This document shows, one piece after another, positions 37,044 through 46,291 of a stretch of DNA of 64,000 bases. The stretch lies in sequence record MW679410.1. One strand, 5' to 3'. The notes under the pieces were generated by a model. The model made no database searches, had not been told where the DNA came from, and saw only the letters and a program-made list of their open reading frames with translations. The first letter of the stretch is position 1. Every line of letters begins with the position of its first letter. The DNA is from Escherichia phage C6. A program made the translations under genes and the position numbers.

Positions 37044-37244
37044 TCATCGTTGCCACCATTTCTTAAGTTGGTGTGAATCCACCCAAACCTTGGCTACAGG
37101 CTCAATCTGAAAAATACCATCAGAATATTGACCCATCATTTTGTATTCGGTTTCGGACTGCTTAATACAGATATTACCGTATGAGCGAAGTCTAAAGGCG
37201 GCTCCAATAAGAAGCCGTTTAAAGGGTTTATTTACTAGAGCCAT
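37044..37244 (-). CDS. hypothetical protein (66 aa)
   Basis: ORF. Confidence 0.45.
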   Translation of the reverse strand: MALVNKPFKRLLIGAAFRLRSYGNICIKQSETEYKMMGQYSDGIFQIEPVAKVWVDSHQLKKWWQR

Positions 37245-37539
37245 TGACGATTTCCCAAATTTGTTTGCGGGTAGATTCCCACATCAATTGAACAAGTTCA
37301 TCAGTAACAGGTTGACGGTAAATACCACGTAATTTAATTAAAGCGTACTTATATGCTTCAAAGTTGTTTTCAAGTACAGCGCCTTGGGCATGGAGATTTA
37401 AACGACGGATTTCACGAGCATTCTTCTTAAGAATCTTAGCCGCTTGAGAATTAGCTTCTTTAATATTGTGCTCTTCTAAACGTTGCTGGGCTTCTTCAAT
37501 TTGCTCATCAGTCAATTGAGAAATGTCATGGCTTTGCAT
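37228..37539 (-). CDS. hypothetical protein (103 aa)
   Basis: ORF. Confidence 0.55.
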   Translation of the reverse strand: MQSHDISQLTDEQIEEAQQRLEEHNIKEANSQAAKILKKNAREIRRLNLHAQGAVLENNFEAYKYALIKLRGIYRQPVTDELVQLMWESTRKQIWEIVNGSSK

Positions 37540-37540
37540 A

Positions 37541-37771
37541 TTAATCCTTTGGAGTCAATTCAATAGTGAAGTAGAAATTAGCGTTCTCAACATGATAACG
37601 ATAATCTACGTTATTGTCAGGAGAAGTGAATTCAATATTCCTGACGTTAAGTGGGTCAATATCAATAGGAAGGCCTTTAACATCCCGTAATATCAATTTA
37701 ATAAAATAAGGGAGTGCTTCGAAGTCTTCCATTCCATCTAAAAGTGGAGTGATATTAATCTGATGTTCCAT
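37541..37771 (-). CDS. hypothetical protein (about 76 aa)
   Basis: ORF; start ambiguous, trimmed to limit overlap with gene 55. Confidence 0.45.
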   Translation of the reverse strand: MEHQINITPLLDGMEDFEALPYFIKLILRDVKGLPIDIDPLNVRNIEFTSPDNNVDYRYHVENANFYFTIELTPKD

Positions 37772-38312
37772 ATAAAAAATCCAGTTCGCCAACTTTAGGT
37801 TCGGCACTCTTATCAGACCCTGGTGCTTTAGTTAAAGAGGTTTCATACTGAGTCATTTTGTCGTAGATATCTTGGATAAAGGTTTCATCTGCAATACCTA
37901 CCATGTCGTCATCATTACTGTCATAGACGTTATGGACGAAGTAGCTATATTTCTTTGCCATTTCTTTACGTTCTTTTTTGATACGCTGAACGAAGGCATT
38001 AAAACAAGCCATAGTGATATATGCATGTGGGTTGTCGTATTTTGTTTCGTCGAAGTTGTGAAGACCTTTAATCGAAGCTTCGATTCCGTCAGCAATCATT
38101 TCTTGCTTCCAAGATTGGGTATATCCTGAGAAGTTGAAACGTTTACTTAGTCCTTCAGCAATGAGCATAATAGCCAAGCCAATAACGTCGTTCTGGCGAA
38201 CTATTTTATTAGGATCGGTATTTTCTCTGAGCTCTGTTTTCCATTGGGTAATAGCTTTCAGAAGCTCCTTATTATTTACATAGTTATTTTTAGTCAGTTT
38301 AATTTCGGTCAT
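37755..38312 (-). CDS. 55: late-transcription sigma factor gp55
   Basis: 185 aa; NYVNNKELL...[36 protein letters not shown] matches T4 gp55. Confidence 0.9.
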   Translation of the reverse strand: MTEIKLTKNNYVNNKELLKAITQWKTELRENTDPNKIVRQNDVIGLAIMLIAEGLSKRFNFSGYTQSWKQEMIADGIEASIKGLHNFDETKYDNPHAYITMACFNAFVQRIKKERKEMAKKYSYFVHNVYDSNDDDMVGIADETFIQDIYDKMTQYETSLTKAPGSDKSAEPKVGELDFLYGTSD

Positions 38313-38378
38313 TGTTACCTCAGATAACTCAAATCATAGGTCTATTATATCATAGTATTTGAAGACCCTTTTAAAGCA

Positions 38379-38642
38379 TCAACGGAGTAAGCAATAAGCC
38401 TGAAATACTGTTTCAAGGATTTTTTTGAACTCTTCAAAGGAAGGAGCTCCTTCAAACCCTTGGCTTTGAATGTAAAGACAGAATTGTTGGTAAAGGACCA
38501 AATATTCTGATTGGTTATATTTGGAAATATGAGACTTCCATACTTCGGAAGTCTCTCCACAAATAAACTCAACATTCATATAGCTATCTATTAAGAAAAT
38601 CCCTAGTCCTTCGTAGGCGAGGGTAGTGGATACAGGGGTCAT
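38379..38642 (-). CDS. hypothetical protein (87 aa)
   Basis: ORF. Confidence 0.5.
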   Translation of the reverse strand: MTPVSTTLAYEGLGIFLIDSYMNVEFICGETSEVWKSHISKYNQSEYLVLYQQFCLYIQSQGFEGAPSFEEFKKILETVFQAYCLLR

Positions 38643-38905
38643 TGTAGGAATCGAGCTCCTTCCAGTGCATCATCAAGATTATCAAACTCATCGACGTAAT
38701 CAACACCGCCAACTTCGTCCTTCGCATACAACCAATACTGGTGGAATTCGTATTCAATAATAAAGTGGTCGCCCTCAATCTGGAGAACCCCATCGCCATT
38801 AAATTGAACTGCATAACCGGTAAAGCGGACATCATTCAGGAGTTCTTCTTTCATAGCAATCATTTCCAAGTTTTTATCGTAATTAGAGAGTTTTATTTTA
38901 ATCAT
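38639..38905 (-). CDS. hypothetical acidic protein (88 aa)
   Basis: ORF. Confidence 0.5.
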   Translation of the reverse strand: MIKIKLSNYDKNLEMIAMKEELLNDVRFTGYAVQFNGDGVLQIEGDHFIIEYEFHQYWLYAKDEVGGVDYVDEFDNLDDALEGARFLQ

Positions 38906-39146
38906 TTAAATAATCCTCAAATTCATTTAATGTCATGCCTTCGTCCCAAGCTGTTTTAGGATTAGGCATTTTCATATAAGTGGTCTCAGAGCTTATAGGA
39001 AATATCCTGAAATCACGACGGATTACACTTAGCCTCTTAGCCGCTTTTATAACAGTTTCAATATTATCCATCATGGGTGTACGTTGGAAACCGGCTAAAG
39101 CTTTAAGGACGATTATAACCGATACACCTTCAGGCAAATTACTCAT
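38898..39146 (-). CDS. hypothetical protein (82 aa)
   Basis: ORF. Confidence 0.5.
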   Translation of the reverse strand: MSNLPEGVSVIIVLKALAGFQRTPMMDNIETVIKAAKRLSVIRRDFRIFPISSETTYMKMPNPKTAWDEGMTLNEFEDYLND

Positions 39147-39529
39147 TTTGCCGCCTTAACAATTTTAAGGTCGACGAATTTTTTCTTACGTTGGTTTTTC
39201 ATACGACGGATAGTTTTATCCGAGATTTCACCAGGGGCCCAAGCTTTAGATTCTACACCAAAGGCAGCGACATCGAATTCATCAAGGATATATTGAACCA
39301 GGATTTCACGAATACCGTTCTTACCAATTTTCTGGTCTTTAGAGTGCATGATTGGTAACAGTTCAGCAACCCATTGGTCAAGAACCTGAGGAGTTACAAA
39401 ACCGGTTTTCATCAGTTCGTTTACTTTATCGAAAGCGAAAGAGTTCAGTACGTTTTTAATAGCTTGTGACATAATAATTTCCTCAGTTTTAAAGTTATAA
39501 TCCGTAGGACCATTATACTCTGGTCCCAA
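39143..39529 (-). CDS. hypothetical protein (128 aa)
   Basis: ORF. Confidence 0.55.
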   Translation of the reverse strand: MGPEYNGPTDYNFKTEEIIMSQAIKNVLNSFAFDKVNELMKTGFVTPQVLDQWVAELLPIMHSKDQKIGKNGIREILVQYILDEFDVAAFGVESKAWAPGEISDKTIRRMKNQRKKKFVDLKIVKAAK

Positions 39530-39540
39530 GAGTTTGTAAA

Positions 39541-39789
39541 CTATTTTTGTGCTTTAGCACCTTTCCAACCTTCATACATCATTGCGGCGGAAATTAACAA
39601 AGCACCCGAGCAACTTGAATATTTGTGATTCCAAAACCAGTTTAGAAAAACTTCGTCATCAATACCTTGGGCCATCATATTTTCAAAGAACTGACGACGG
39701 GCTTCAGCAATACGTTGTGATAATTTAGATTCAGGATTCATTTTAAATTTTCCAATTGCCATTTTCATCAATGAATTCAATCCAGTCAT
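39541..39789 (-). CDS. hypothetical protein (start ambiguous, 66-82 aa)
   Basis: ORF. Confidence 0.45.
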   Translation of the reverse strand: MTGLNSLMKMAIGKFKMNPESKLSQRIAEARRQFFENMMAQGIDDEVFLNWFWNHKYSSCSGALLISAAMMYEGWKGAKAQK

Positions 39790-39881
39790 TTACTGACCAC
39801 TTGGTTGTATCGCCTTTTGGAGCCACATTTAAAGTATATAACCCTTGCTTAAAAAGCATTCGTTTGATATTCATATTTTCC

Positions 39882-40175
39882 TCAGCTGTAACGATAACAT
39901 TCGTTTGATTTACGTTTTGCAACTTGATGAGAAGTATTGTAATCAGGTTCATCGTCGTTGTAAACATCTTTTTTCAGCTTTCTCACTTCTTTACGAAGCT
40001 GGCGATTCATTTCATTCTTAACTTCAGAATCAACACCGCGCATACGTTTCCACTTGTCAGAACGGAAGATATTTTCTTCAACCAAATCCTGACTTACGCC
40101 GTCCGGTGCTTTACGACGTCCGGAATAATAAAAATCTTTTACAGACAATTCTTTACGACGGATAGTTTTACCCAT
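39882..40175 (-). CDS. hypothetical basic protein (97 aa)
   Basis: ORF; Lys/Arg-rich. Confidence 0.5.
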   Translation of the reverse strand: MGKTIRRKELSVKDFYYSGRRKAPDGVSQDLVEENIFRSDKWKRMRGVDSEVKNEMNRQLRKEVRKLKKDVYNDDEPDYNTSHQVAKRKSNECYRYS

Positions 40176-40177
40176 AG

Positions 40178-40432
40178 TTACCTCAGCAGTTTGTATCCAA
40201 TAAGATTTTTAATGTATTGGACATCTTTGACATCCAAATCTAACTTAATATCTTTCAGGCGTTCGGCCAGAGTAAGAAATGTTACACGTTTCCAATTCTT
40301 AACAGGACAGCAATAAGTTTTAGGGCCGTTAGCGATTTCAATATTCTTATCAGTGATGGTGATAAAAATCAAACGTTCATCATCAAGATTAAGGGTGGCG
40401 ACATTTTTCATTGAGTGTAATTTCAGGCTCAT
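40178..40432 (-). CDS. hypothetical protein (84 aa)
   Basis: ORF. Confidence 0.5.
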   Translation of the reverse strand: MSLKLHSMKNVATLNLDDERLIFITITDKNIEIANGPKTYCCPVKNWKRVTFLTLAERLKDIKLDLDVKDVQYIKNLIGYKLLR

Positions 40433-40611
40433 GATTTAATTTCCTTTGCTACTGAACAAAATAAAGAACGGTCGCACACCATCAATGGGGCATCAGGGTG
40501 AGTCAAAGGTTGATACCATACATCAAGATTTGTTACCTTTGTTACTTGAACAGGGTAGCCATTTACTGAATAATACTGGTCGACTTTAATTTCTTTATCT
40601 TGGATAGTCAT
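40429..40611 (-). CDS. hypothetical protein (60 aa)
   Basis: ORF preceded by early promoter cassette. Confidence 0.5.
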   Translation of the reverse strand: MTIQDKEIKVDQYYSVNGYPVQVTKVTNLDVWYQPLTHPDAPLMVCDRSLFCSVAKEIKS

Positions 40612-40640
40612 AATGTTCTCCTCATGTGTTGATAGGATAG

Positions 40641-40669
40641 ACTATAACACGTGAGGAGAGGAAGTAAAC
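40641..40669 (-). promoter_or_regulatory. T4-type early promoter cassette
   Basis: Minus strand GTTTAC-N17-TATAGT plus CTATCAAC leader and GAGGAG SD. Confidence 0.6.
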
Positions 40670-40670
40670 A

Positions 40671-40988
40671 CTAATCTTCAATTAAATCTTGGTCATAGCC
40701 AAGTTCAATCAAAAGTGATTTGAAGGCAGGAATATTTTCTATTTTCTTATTATCGACAAAGATGACAGGATAGCGTATCGCTAAGCTCTTGAAGCCTGCA
40801 CGTTTGGCCAATGATACTATAAGAGGCTTGTCATATACTGCGCCTGACGGCGTCTGGTTAATCACAGGATAGAAAGTATGTGGGATAGAAAGGGAATTTA
40901 GGAGCGATAGAACTGCAATGCACCCTGGACAGCGCATGACTGTCTCAGGGATACCGTAAATCTCAATTTTAGTTAACTTTTGGTCCAC
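40671..40988 (-). CDS. glutaredoxin/thioredoxin-fold protein (NrdH-like?)
   Basis: 105 aa; CPGC redox motif after a beta-strand (IEIYGIPETVMRCPGC). Confidence 0.5.
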   Translation of the reverse strand: MDQKLTKIEIYGIPETVMRCPGCIAVLSLLNSLSIPHTFYPVINQTPSGAVYDKPLIVSLAKRAGFKSLAIRYPVIFVDNKKIENIPAFKSLLIELGYDQDLIED

Positions 40989-41265
40989 AGGAAATAACTC
41001 CTTGGTAGTCCCAGGTTTTTAGAACTTCGTCCTCATTAGTTCCATACGGGACGTAAATCTGAATAAGAAAACCAGTGTCATCGAAAGAGAAATAAACAGT
41101 CGGTTTAATACCATGAATCTCTGACAGGGCATAGATGTCCTTGAGGTCTTCTTCCTTACCGACAAAGAATTCCGGGTTCAGGTCACAGTCATGGAAGTAC
41201 CAATCATCACCGAATTTGTCCCATGCGGTCCAATTGGTAGCTACATATTCTTCAAAACGTTTCAT
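40969..41265 (-). CDS. hypothetical protein (98 aa)
   Basis: ORF. Confidence 0.55.
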   Translation of the reverse strand: MKRFEEYVATNWTAWDKFGDDWYFHDCDLNPEFFVGKEEDLKDIYALSEIHGIKPTVYFSFDDTGFLIQIYVPYGTNEDEVLKTWDYQGVISCGPKVN

Positions 41266-41477
41266 TCTTTCACCTTCATCATTTTGGAAATAACACCATG
41301 AACAGACTGGATTCGTTTTTCGAACTCGGACCCTTCAAGACCTTTTTCAGTACTCAGGGCGCCGATAATAACAAACAGTAATCCAAACGGGATGACCAGG
41401 ATTAAAAGGCATACGATAAACAGGGCAAATGTAATATTGGCCAGGATATCAGAAACAGCATTACGAAATTTGTTCAT
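41262..41477 (-). CDS. small membrane protein (about 71 aa)
   Basis: ORF; start probably MNKFRNAV; one TM helix. Confidence 0.5.
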   Translation of the reverse strand: MNKFRNAVSDILANITFALFIVCLLILVIPFGLLFVIIGALSTEKGLEGSEFEKRIQSVHGVISKMMKVKE

Positions 41478-41602
41478 TAAAGAACCCACATGTTAGTTAC
41501 AACAAATAACCATTGAGCAGGATACTCAACACCCATAATACGAACCGCATCGTTAAGAGATTCGGCTAAAGCATAAAATGTGTAGCCATAAAAATTAATC
41601 AT
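41477..41602 (-). CDS. small hypothetical protein (41 aa)
   Basis: Hand-translated MINFYGYTFYALAESLNDAV...; ATGA overlap with gene 49 stop. Confidence 0.35.
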   Translation of the reverse strand: MINFYGYTFYALAESLNDAVRIMGVEYPAQWLFVVTNMWVL

Positions 41603-42072
41603 TTAAGCGATTTCCTCAGTTGTTTTTTGAATGAATCCACCATTTGTTTCTTAGTGGCAGATTCATTATAAGTCATTCCGTGTGAAAGCATTTCAGCAAT
41701 CATTTCTTCCTTACCTAACCTGCTGAACTCTTTGGTTTTATCAGGAACGAAATTAGGATGAATATTGTTTTCAGTATAATCAGCTTTCAGATAGACCAGC
41801 AAATTCTCTAACCATTCGAGGTAGTCAACGTTTTGACCTTTAAGACCAGAACGGTTGAACTTATGCTTCATTTGTCCTTCTGCTGCATTGCACAGGTTAC
41901 ATAGTAAACCACGAACCTTACCGGCTTTTGGCCCGTTTAACTCGTGGTCGTGGTCAAGGTGGTTACTTTGAACATCAGGGTTTAATTCACGTTTACAAAT
42001 CAAACACTTACCACATTGTGCATCATAAAGTTTTTGTTTTTCTTCTTTGTATAATTTGCCGGTCAACAACAT
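41599..42072 (-). CDS. 49: endonuclease VII gp49 (Holliday-junction resolvase)
   Basis: 157 aa; MLLTGKLYKEEKQK...CLIC...HLDHDHELNGPKAGKVRGLLCNLCNAAEG nearly identical to T4 gp49. Confidence 0.9.
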   Translation of the reverse strand: MLLTGKLYKEEKQKLYDAQCGKCLICKRELNPDVQSNHLDHDHELNGPKAGKVRGLLCNLCNAAEGQMKHKFNRSGLKGQNVDYLEWLENLLVYLKADYTENNIHPNFVPDKTKEFSRLGKEEMIAEMLSHGMTYNESATKKQMVDSFKKQLRKSLK

Positions 42073-42201
42073 AATAAACCCTTACCATTATTAGATAAGG
42101 GTATTTATTAATATCCTAATAGTTTAGCAGTGCAACTTAGCACTAACAACAATCCGAATAAAACAACTCCGACCCAAAATACCGTAATAAGGGCATCCAT
42201 A

Positions 42202-42378
42202 TCAGACCCCATAGAACGAACGATGCAAACGTTTAAATTGACGAATCATCTTTTTAGTAGGACGGGTATATAATCCTATACAGGTGGCCATAAACTGGTC
42301 GGTAGGGCTTCCTTTGATAAGAAGTTTCCAGACCTTATCACCATTCAACTTTTCGGTATAGACTAATTTGGTTTTCAT
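42202..42378 (-). CDS. small hypothetical protein (58 aa)
   Basis: Hand-translated MKTKLVYTEKLNGDKVWKLL... Confidence 0.35.
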   Translation of the reverse strand: MKTKLVYTEKLNGDKVWKLLIKGSPTDQFMATCIGLYTRPTKKMIRQFKRLHRSFYGV

Positions 42379-42551
42379 CAGAACGCCTTATCAGCAAAGC
42401 GAAGTTGAGCTTCAAGCCAATGGATATAGTCGGCTGCAGCTTTAATCAAATCGGATTCTAGGTCAGGTAAAGAACCCGAATCCGACAACTCGTAAAGCGA
42501 ATGTTCAATCAGACGGCCTTTGTGAAGGCCAATTTCAATTTTGGTACTCAT
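42378..42551 (-). CDS. small hypothetical protein (57 aa)
   Basis: Hand-translated MSTKIEIGLHKGRLIEHSLYEL...; TGATG overlap with next ORF. Confidence 0.35.
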   Translation of the reverse strand: MSTKIEIGLHKGRLIEHSLYELSDSGSLPDLESDLIKAAADYIHWLEAQLRFADKAF

Positions 42552-42667
42552 ATCCAAACTCCATATCGATTAAATCATTGTTTGAAGGTTCATTATACTC
42601 TATTTCGGAATCGTTGTAAACCGGTTCCTCTGGCTCGGTAGTTTCCCACCGAGCGACATACCATGGC

Positions 42668-42976
42668 TTAACGGTCACACCACCAACTCGATACTTCAAA
42701 ATCAGGTTCACCGTCTTCCCAATACCAAGGGCCAATTGGGTGCCAATCGCCATGTTCATCTTCTTCAAATTCTTCAGATTCAAGCCCAACGTATTGCCAT
42801 TGGACTTCATAAGCAGTGCCACCAATTACAACGGTGTTCTCACCATACGGGTGAGCTACAACAAAGTCAATACCTTCTGCTTTAGCCAACCAAACCATAT
42901 ATTCGTATAGCTTATATTCCAGGTCATCTTCGGTGCCATCACCTAGAAAAATGGTTTGTTCGTTTAATTCAATCAT
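42668..42976 (-). CDS. hypothetical acidic Trp-rich protein (102 aa)
   Basis: ORF; a second acidic ORF (42535..42825) overlaps it in another frame. Confidence 0.5.
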   Translation of the reverse strand: MIELNEQTIFLGDGTEDDLEYKLYEYMVWLAKAEGIDFVVAHPYGENTVVIGGTAYEVQWQYVGLESEEFEEDEHGDWHPIGPWYWEDGEPDFEVSSWWCDR

Positions 42977-43149
42977 AATTCCACCATAAATTCAAATAGC
43001 TGGTCACGTACACAAGTATCAGTCCAACCCCATTCGGTGGCTTCTTCTTTTAACCAATCCGGGAGATTTGCCAATACGGTTTCTTTACTAGGCGCAGGAG
43101 TATCAAACTCTCTTGCGCAGGTTCCATAAGCTATATCAAATTCAGTCAT
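42973..43149 (-). CDS. hypothetical protein (58 aa)
   Basis: ORF; start taken at MTEFDIAYG. Confidence 0.45.
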   Translation of the reverse strand: MTEFDIAYGTCAREFDTPAPSKETVLANLPDWLKEEATEWGWTDTCVRDQLFEFMVEL

Positions 43150-43313
43150 TTGAAGTTCCAGAATGAAGCACCAACCAGAAATAAAGGCCAACAAATCATA
43201 GACGTCAGCCACCAACAAAAGTCACCTGCACCGAAATCATCTAATTTAGCTAGGGTCTTAGCATAACCAATACCGATGATAAGATACAAAATACCCAACA
43301 ATAATTCAATCAT
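43146..43313 (-). CDS. small membrane protein (55 aa)
   Basis: Hand-translated MIELLLGILYLIIGIGYAK...; ATGA overlaps at both ends. Confidence 0.4.
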   Translation of the reverse strand: MIELLLGILYLIIGIGYAKTLAKLDDFGAGDFCWWLTSMICWPLFLVGASFWNFK

Positions 43314-43573
43314 TTGAAATACGCTCGCAGTTGGTCAAAGCCACCAATAGAAGTTCCGTCTGGAGCAAATACCTGAGGCATAGTCAAACCCACCTGAGAT
43401 TCGCGACCAAGAGCAGCCAAGAGTTCAGCAATCTTCTCGTCATCAAATACACCTTTTTCCGGCATTACGTTAATGAATTCGTAAGGTTGTTTCTTAACAT
43501 CAAGCAGACGTTTGGCATTATCACAGAAAACACAACGGTGAATATTTGAATCGTAACCATAAACTTTAAACAT
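43310..43573 (-). CDS. nrdC: thioredoxin NrdC
   Basis: 87 aa; MFKVYGYDSNIHRCVFCDNAKRLL... closely matches T4 NrdC. Confidence 0.85.
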   Translation of the reverse strand: MFKVYGYDSNIHRCVFCDNAKRLLDVKKQPYEFINVMPEKGVFDDEKIAELLAALGRESQVGLTMPQVFAPDGTSIGGFDQLRAYFK

Positions 43574-43574
43574 T

Positions 43575-43811
43575 TTAAATTCCTAATATTTGTTTGAATG
43601 CTTCAGAACGGTCAAGTTCTGTTCCATATTTTTCCATGTGCTCATATTTTAAATCATACACATCAGATAGTATATTATTATACGAGCGAGTTAAAGCAGA
43701 TTTTAAAACTGAATAACTATCCGGGAATTTACCATGCTCTTTATAATAAGCTAGAGTAAGTTCGCGGACTGCCTTATCGGCAGCCTCTACATATTCTTTA
43801 CGCTTTGCCAT
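43575..43811 (-). CDS. hypothetical protein (about 78 aa)
   Basis: ORF; start taken at MAKRKEYVE. Confidence 0.5.
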   Translation of the reverse strand: MAKRKEYVEAADKAVRELTLAYYKEHGKFPDSYSVLKSALTRSYNNILSDVYDLKYEHMEKYGTELDRSEAFKQILGI

Positions 43812-44139
43812 TTTCGTCTCGCTCAAATTTATGTTTACAATGGCGACATTTGTAACGAAGATTACTAGTCTGCCAATGGACCAATTGAACCTGTTCTGTG
43901 CCGCACTTAGGACAGTTAGGAACATTCTTAGAAGCTTGTTCTCGTCGTGCGACCATAGCCATTACAGCGTCCCAATTAACGACATCACCATAATCATCAC
44001 AGCCATGAATTTTACCAACCAATTCAGCTTCAACATCCGCGGCTTTAATAAATTTTAAAAGACCTTTATTAAGTCCCGCTGCGGGGGCCCATTCTGGAAA
44101 TGCAGTTTCTGCAATATCTTCAGCTAAACGTTGTTTCAT
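43798..44139 (-). CDS. zinc-ribbon protein (113 aa)
   Basis: C-terminal CPKCG...CRHCKH. Confidence 0.55.
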   Translation of the reverse strand: MKQRLAEDIAETAFPEWAPAAGLNKGLLKFIKAADVEAELVGKIHGCDDYGDVVNWDAVMAMVARREQASKNVPNCPKCGTEQVQLVHWQTSNLRYKCRHCKHKFERDENGKA

Positions 44140-45146
44140 TTCAGCAGCTCCAGAGCCTGTTCAAGACGGTCTAAACGATTGGTAGACTCTTCCCAAAGTT
44201 TCTTGGCAGCGGTATATTGCCCGGTCAGTTTTTTGTTGATAGCCAGGGCATCTTTATACGCTTTTTCTAAGGCAACGATTTCCGGTAACTTGGATTTAGT
44301 AATTGGTGTAGGGGCCATGATAGGGCTGTTCAAGTCGTTAATCAAGTCTTCTAATGTAGCAGGCTCTTTATCAGTATTCACAATTTCCTCACATTTTTCT
44401 TGGTAAATTTCAGCGTCAGTTTTTGGAACAGGGCATTTGATTTCGCGAACTGTTACTAAAGCTTCATATCCTTTCCAGCCTAAGTGGTGTTTGATTTCTT
44501 GAATCTCATATTTCTCTACTGTATCCATCAAAGCTAAAGCCTGTTCTACCATATTCAGGGTATTGTAGGAAATATCTTGGTATTTCGAAACTTCAACTTC
44601 ATCTTTAGGTTTCCAACTAGGCGACCAAATAATAGAAATAAGTACCTTCCCTTTATAGTTGTTTGTTTTAATCATGCCATTAGCCATAGGGTGGATAGTA
44701 CGGCAATCACCCTTTACAAAGGTTTTGGTTGCTGCTTTTAGAATTAATGCAGAGTTAGCCTTAAATTCGCCAGCCCAACGTTGTGGAAATAGGCCCTTAG
44801 GGTCGGTACCTTTAATTTTGACATACCCTTTTAAAACATCACCAAACCATTGGTAGCTAACAACGTGGCTAGAACCTGGATATTTCTCTTTGCCAAACTC
44901 TGAAAGGATGTCCTTATTGACCAGACGCGAAAGCAGTCGAGAACTTTTAAATGTATCTACGATATCAGTAATAAACAAACGACCCGCAATCTTTTCGATT
45001 TCATCTTTGAAACAACCAGATAGTGCTCCATCAATTTGGTCTACCCATTTATTGATATTAGAAACTATTACCACATATGGGGTTAATGGAGGGGTGTTGG
45101 CAGTGATATACGTAGTAAAGGCATTAATGTATTCAGTACGAGTCAT
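44136..45146 (-). CDS. hypothetical protein (336 aa), C-terminal coiled coil
   Basis: ORF. Confidence 0.7.
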   Translation of the reverse strand: MTRTEYINAFTTYITANTPPLTPYVVIVSNINKWVDQIDGALSGCFKDEIEKIAGRLFITDIVDTFKSSRLLSRLVNKDILSEFGKEKYPGSSHVVSYQWFGDVLKGYVKIKGTDPKGLFPQRWAGEFKANSALILKAATKTFVKGDCRTIHPMANGMIKTNNYKGKVLISIIWSPSWKPKDEVEVSKYQDISYNTLNMVEQALALMDTVEKYEIQEIKHHLGWKGYEALVTVREIKCPVPKTDAEIYQEKCEEIVNTDKEPATLEDLINDLNSPIMAPTPITKSKLPEIVALEKAYKDALAINKKLTGQYTAAKKLWEESTNRLDRLEQALELLK

Positions 45147-45172
45147 GATATTCTCCTCAAGTTGATAGAAAG

Positions 45173-45202
45173 ATTATACTCCATCCATCCTTGGATGTAA
45201 AC
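45173..45202 (-). promoter_or_regulatory. T4-type early promoter cassette
   Basis: Minus strand GTTTAC-N18-TATAAT plus CTATCAAC leader and GAGGAG SD. Confidence 0.6.
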
Positions 45203-45203
45203 A

Positions 45204-46109
45204 TTATTTTAGAGCTAATACTGCCGCGCGGAGCTTGTCACGCTGGAGTTCCATGTTCTTGATGCGAATCAATACGTCTTGGATACTCTTTTTCTCATCT
45301 TCGATCTGACCGTTTAAACGGTGGATTGATTCCTGGATGTAGTCCTCATGATACTTCTCGATAGGTTTCATCGTAGGGTTAGTAACCACCATAGAATTAT
45401 CAGGTGCAATTTTCCAATGATATGGTTTGGAATTGAATGGACTCGGCACAGCCGTGGTTTTGAATTTGTCATAGGCTGCATACTGGCCTACACTGTCACA
45501 TGATACTGTAGAAGTAGAGATAGAGATACGTCGTTCCATTTGTGGTTCCTTTTGTTGGGATTGATAAGGGGCATAAGACAAAAGGTATTCGCGAGTTAGT
45601 TTAATATTAAAATAAACTGCATCAGCCCGACCAGAACAATCAGCGTATTCATCGGTTGTAACTTTATATGATTCCACAGCCTTAATACGAGTCATTGCTT
45701 CTCTGAATAAGGTTTCAAATGCTTCACGAAGGGCTTTATTACCTTTTGAGGTAGGACGGAAACGAACTTGAATACCGTCTGCCAAAATATTAATGACCAG
45801 GTTACGAGCCGTAAAATTAATATTCTTGATATTAACAGGAACCGTAGAAATGCGCCCTGCTGTAGCCAAGAGGTCTTTGATATTAGCTCGCAATGTTGCA
45901 CCGAACAGGTGGGCCGGGCAACGGCAATAATCGTTCAAAGAAGAGATATAAGTTCCTTTACGGCCTACGCCATAAGTATAATTACCATTACAAATATGGC
46001 CAAAGTCAGCTAGGCGGTCAATAGCGATACGACGTGTGGTATCAAAATCATATCGGGAATATTCTTTACGTGTTTTAATGTTCATATTAAAGTCCAAATA
46101 ATTTTTCAT
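45204..46109 (-). CDS. hypothetical protein (301 aa)
   Basis: ORF. Confidence 0.7.
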   Translation of the reverse strand: MKNYLDFNMNIKTRKEYSRYDFDTTRRIAIDRLADFGHICNGNYTYGVGRKGTYISSLNDYCRCPAHLFGATLRANIKDLLATAGRISTVPVNIKNINFTARNLVINILADGIQVRFRPTSKGNKALREAFETLFREAMTRIKAVESYKVTTDEYADCSGRADAVYFNIKLTREYLLSYAPYQSQQKEPQMERRISISTSTVSCDSVGQYAAYDKFKTTAVPSPFNSKPYHWKIAPDNSMVVTNPTMKPIEKYHEDYIQESIHRLNGQIEDEKKSIQDVLIRIKNMELQRDKLRAAVLALK

Positions 46110-46290
46110 AGAATTTAGCGATTGGCCAGGTTATAATAAAAACTATCCCAAACATAACAAGAACTGGCCAGATAAAGGTGGCAAACACTGCTTCACCACC
46201 TGAGTTAATTTCCATATGATTACGACCAATAAGGACAGTAATGAATCCTATCACAAGGTATCCAAAAATAAAACTGATAATTATAGCCAT
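46087..46290 (-). CDS. small membrane protein (67 aa)
   Basis: Two TM helices. Confidence 0.5.
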   Translation of the reverse strand: MAIIISFIFGYLVIGFITVLIGRNHMEINSGGEAVFATFIWPVLVMFGIVFIITWPIAKFYEKLFGL

Positions 46291-46291
46291 A

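Noticed and set aside
38345-38835. ORFs 38345..38575 and 38584..38835
   Set aside because: Each overlaps a neighbouring ORF almost completely in another frame, and their translations are low-complexity. The alternative frames (38379..38642 and 38639..38905) tile cleanly with the flanking genes.
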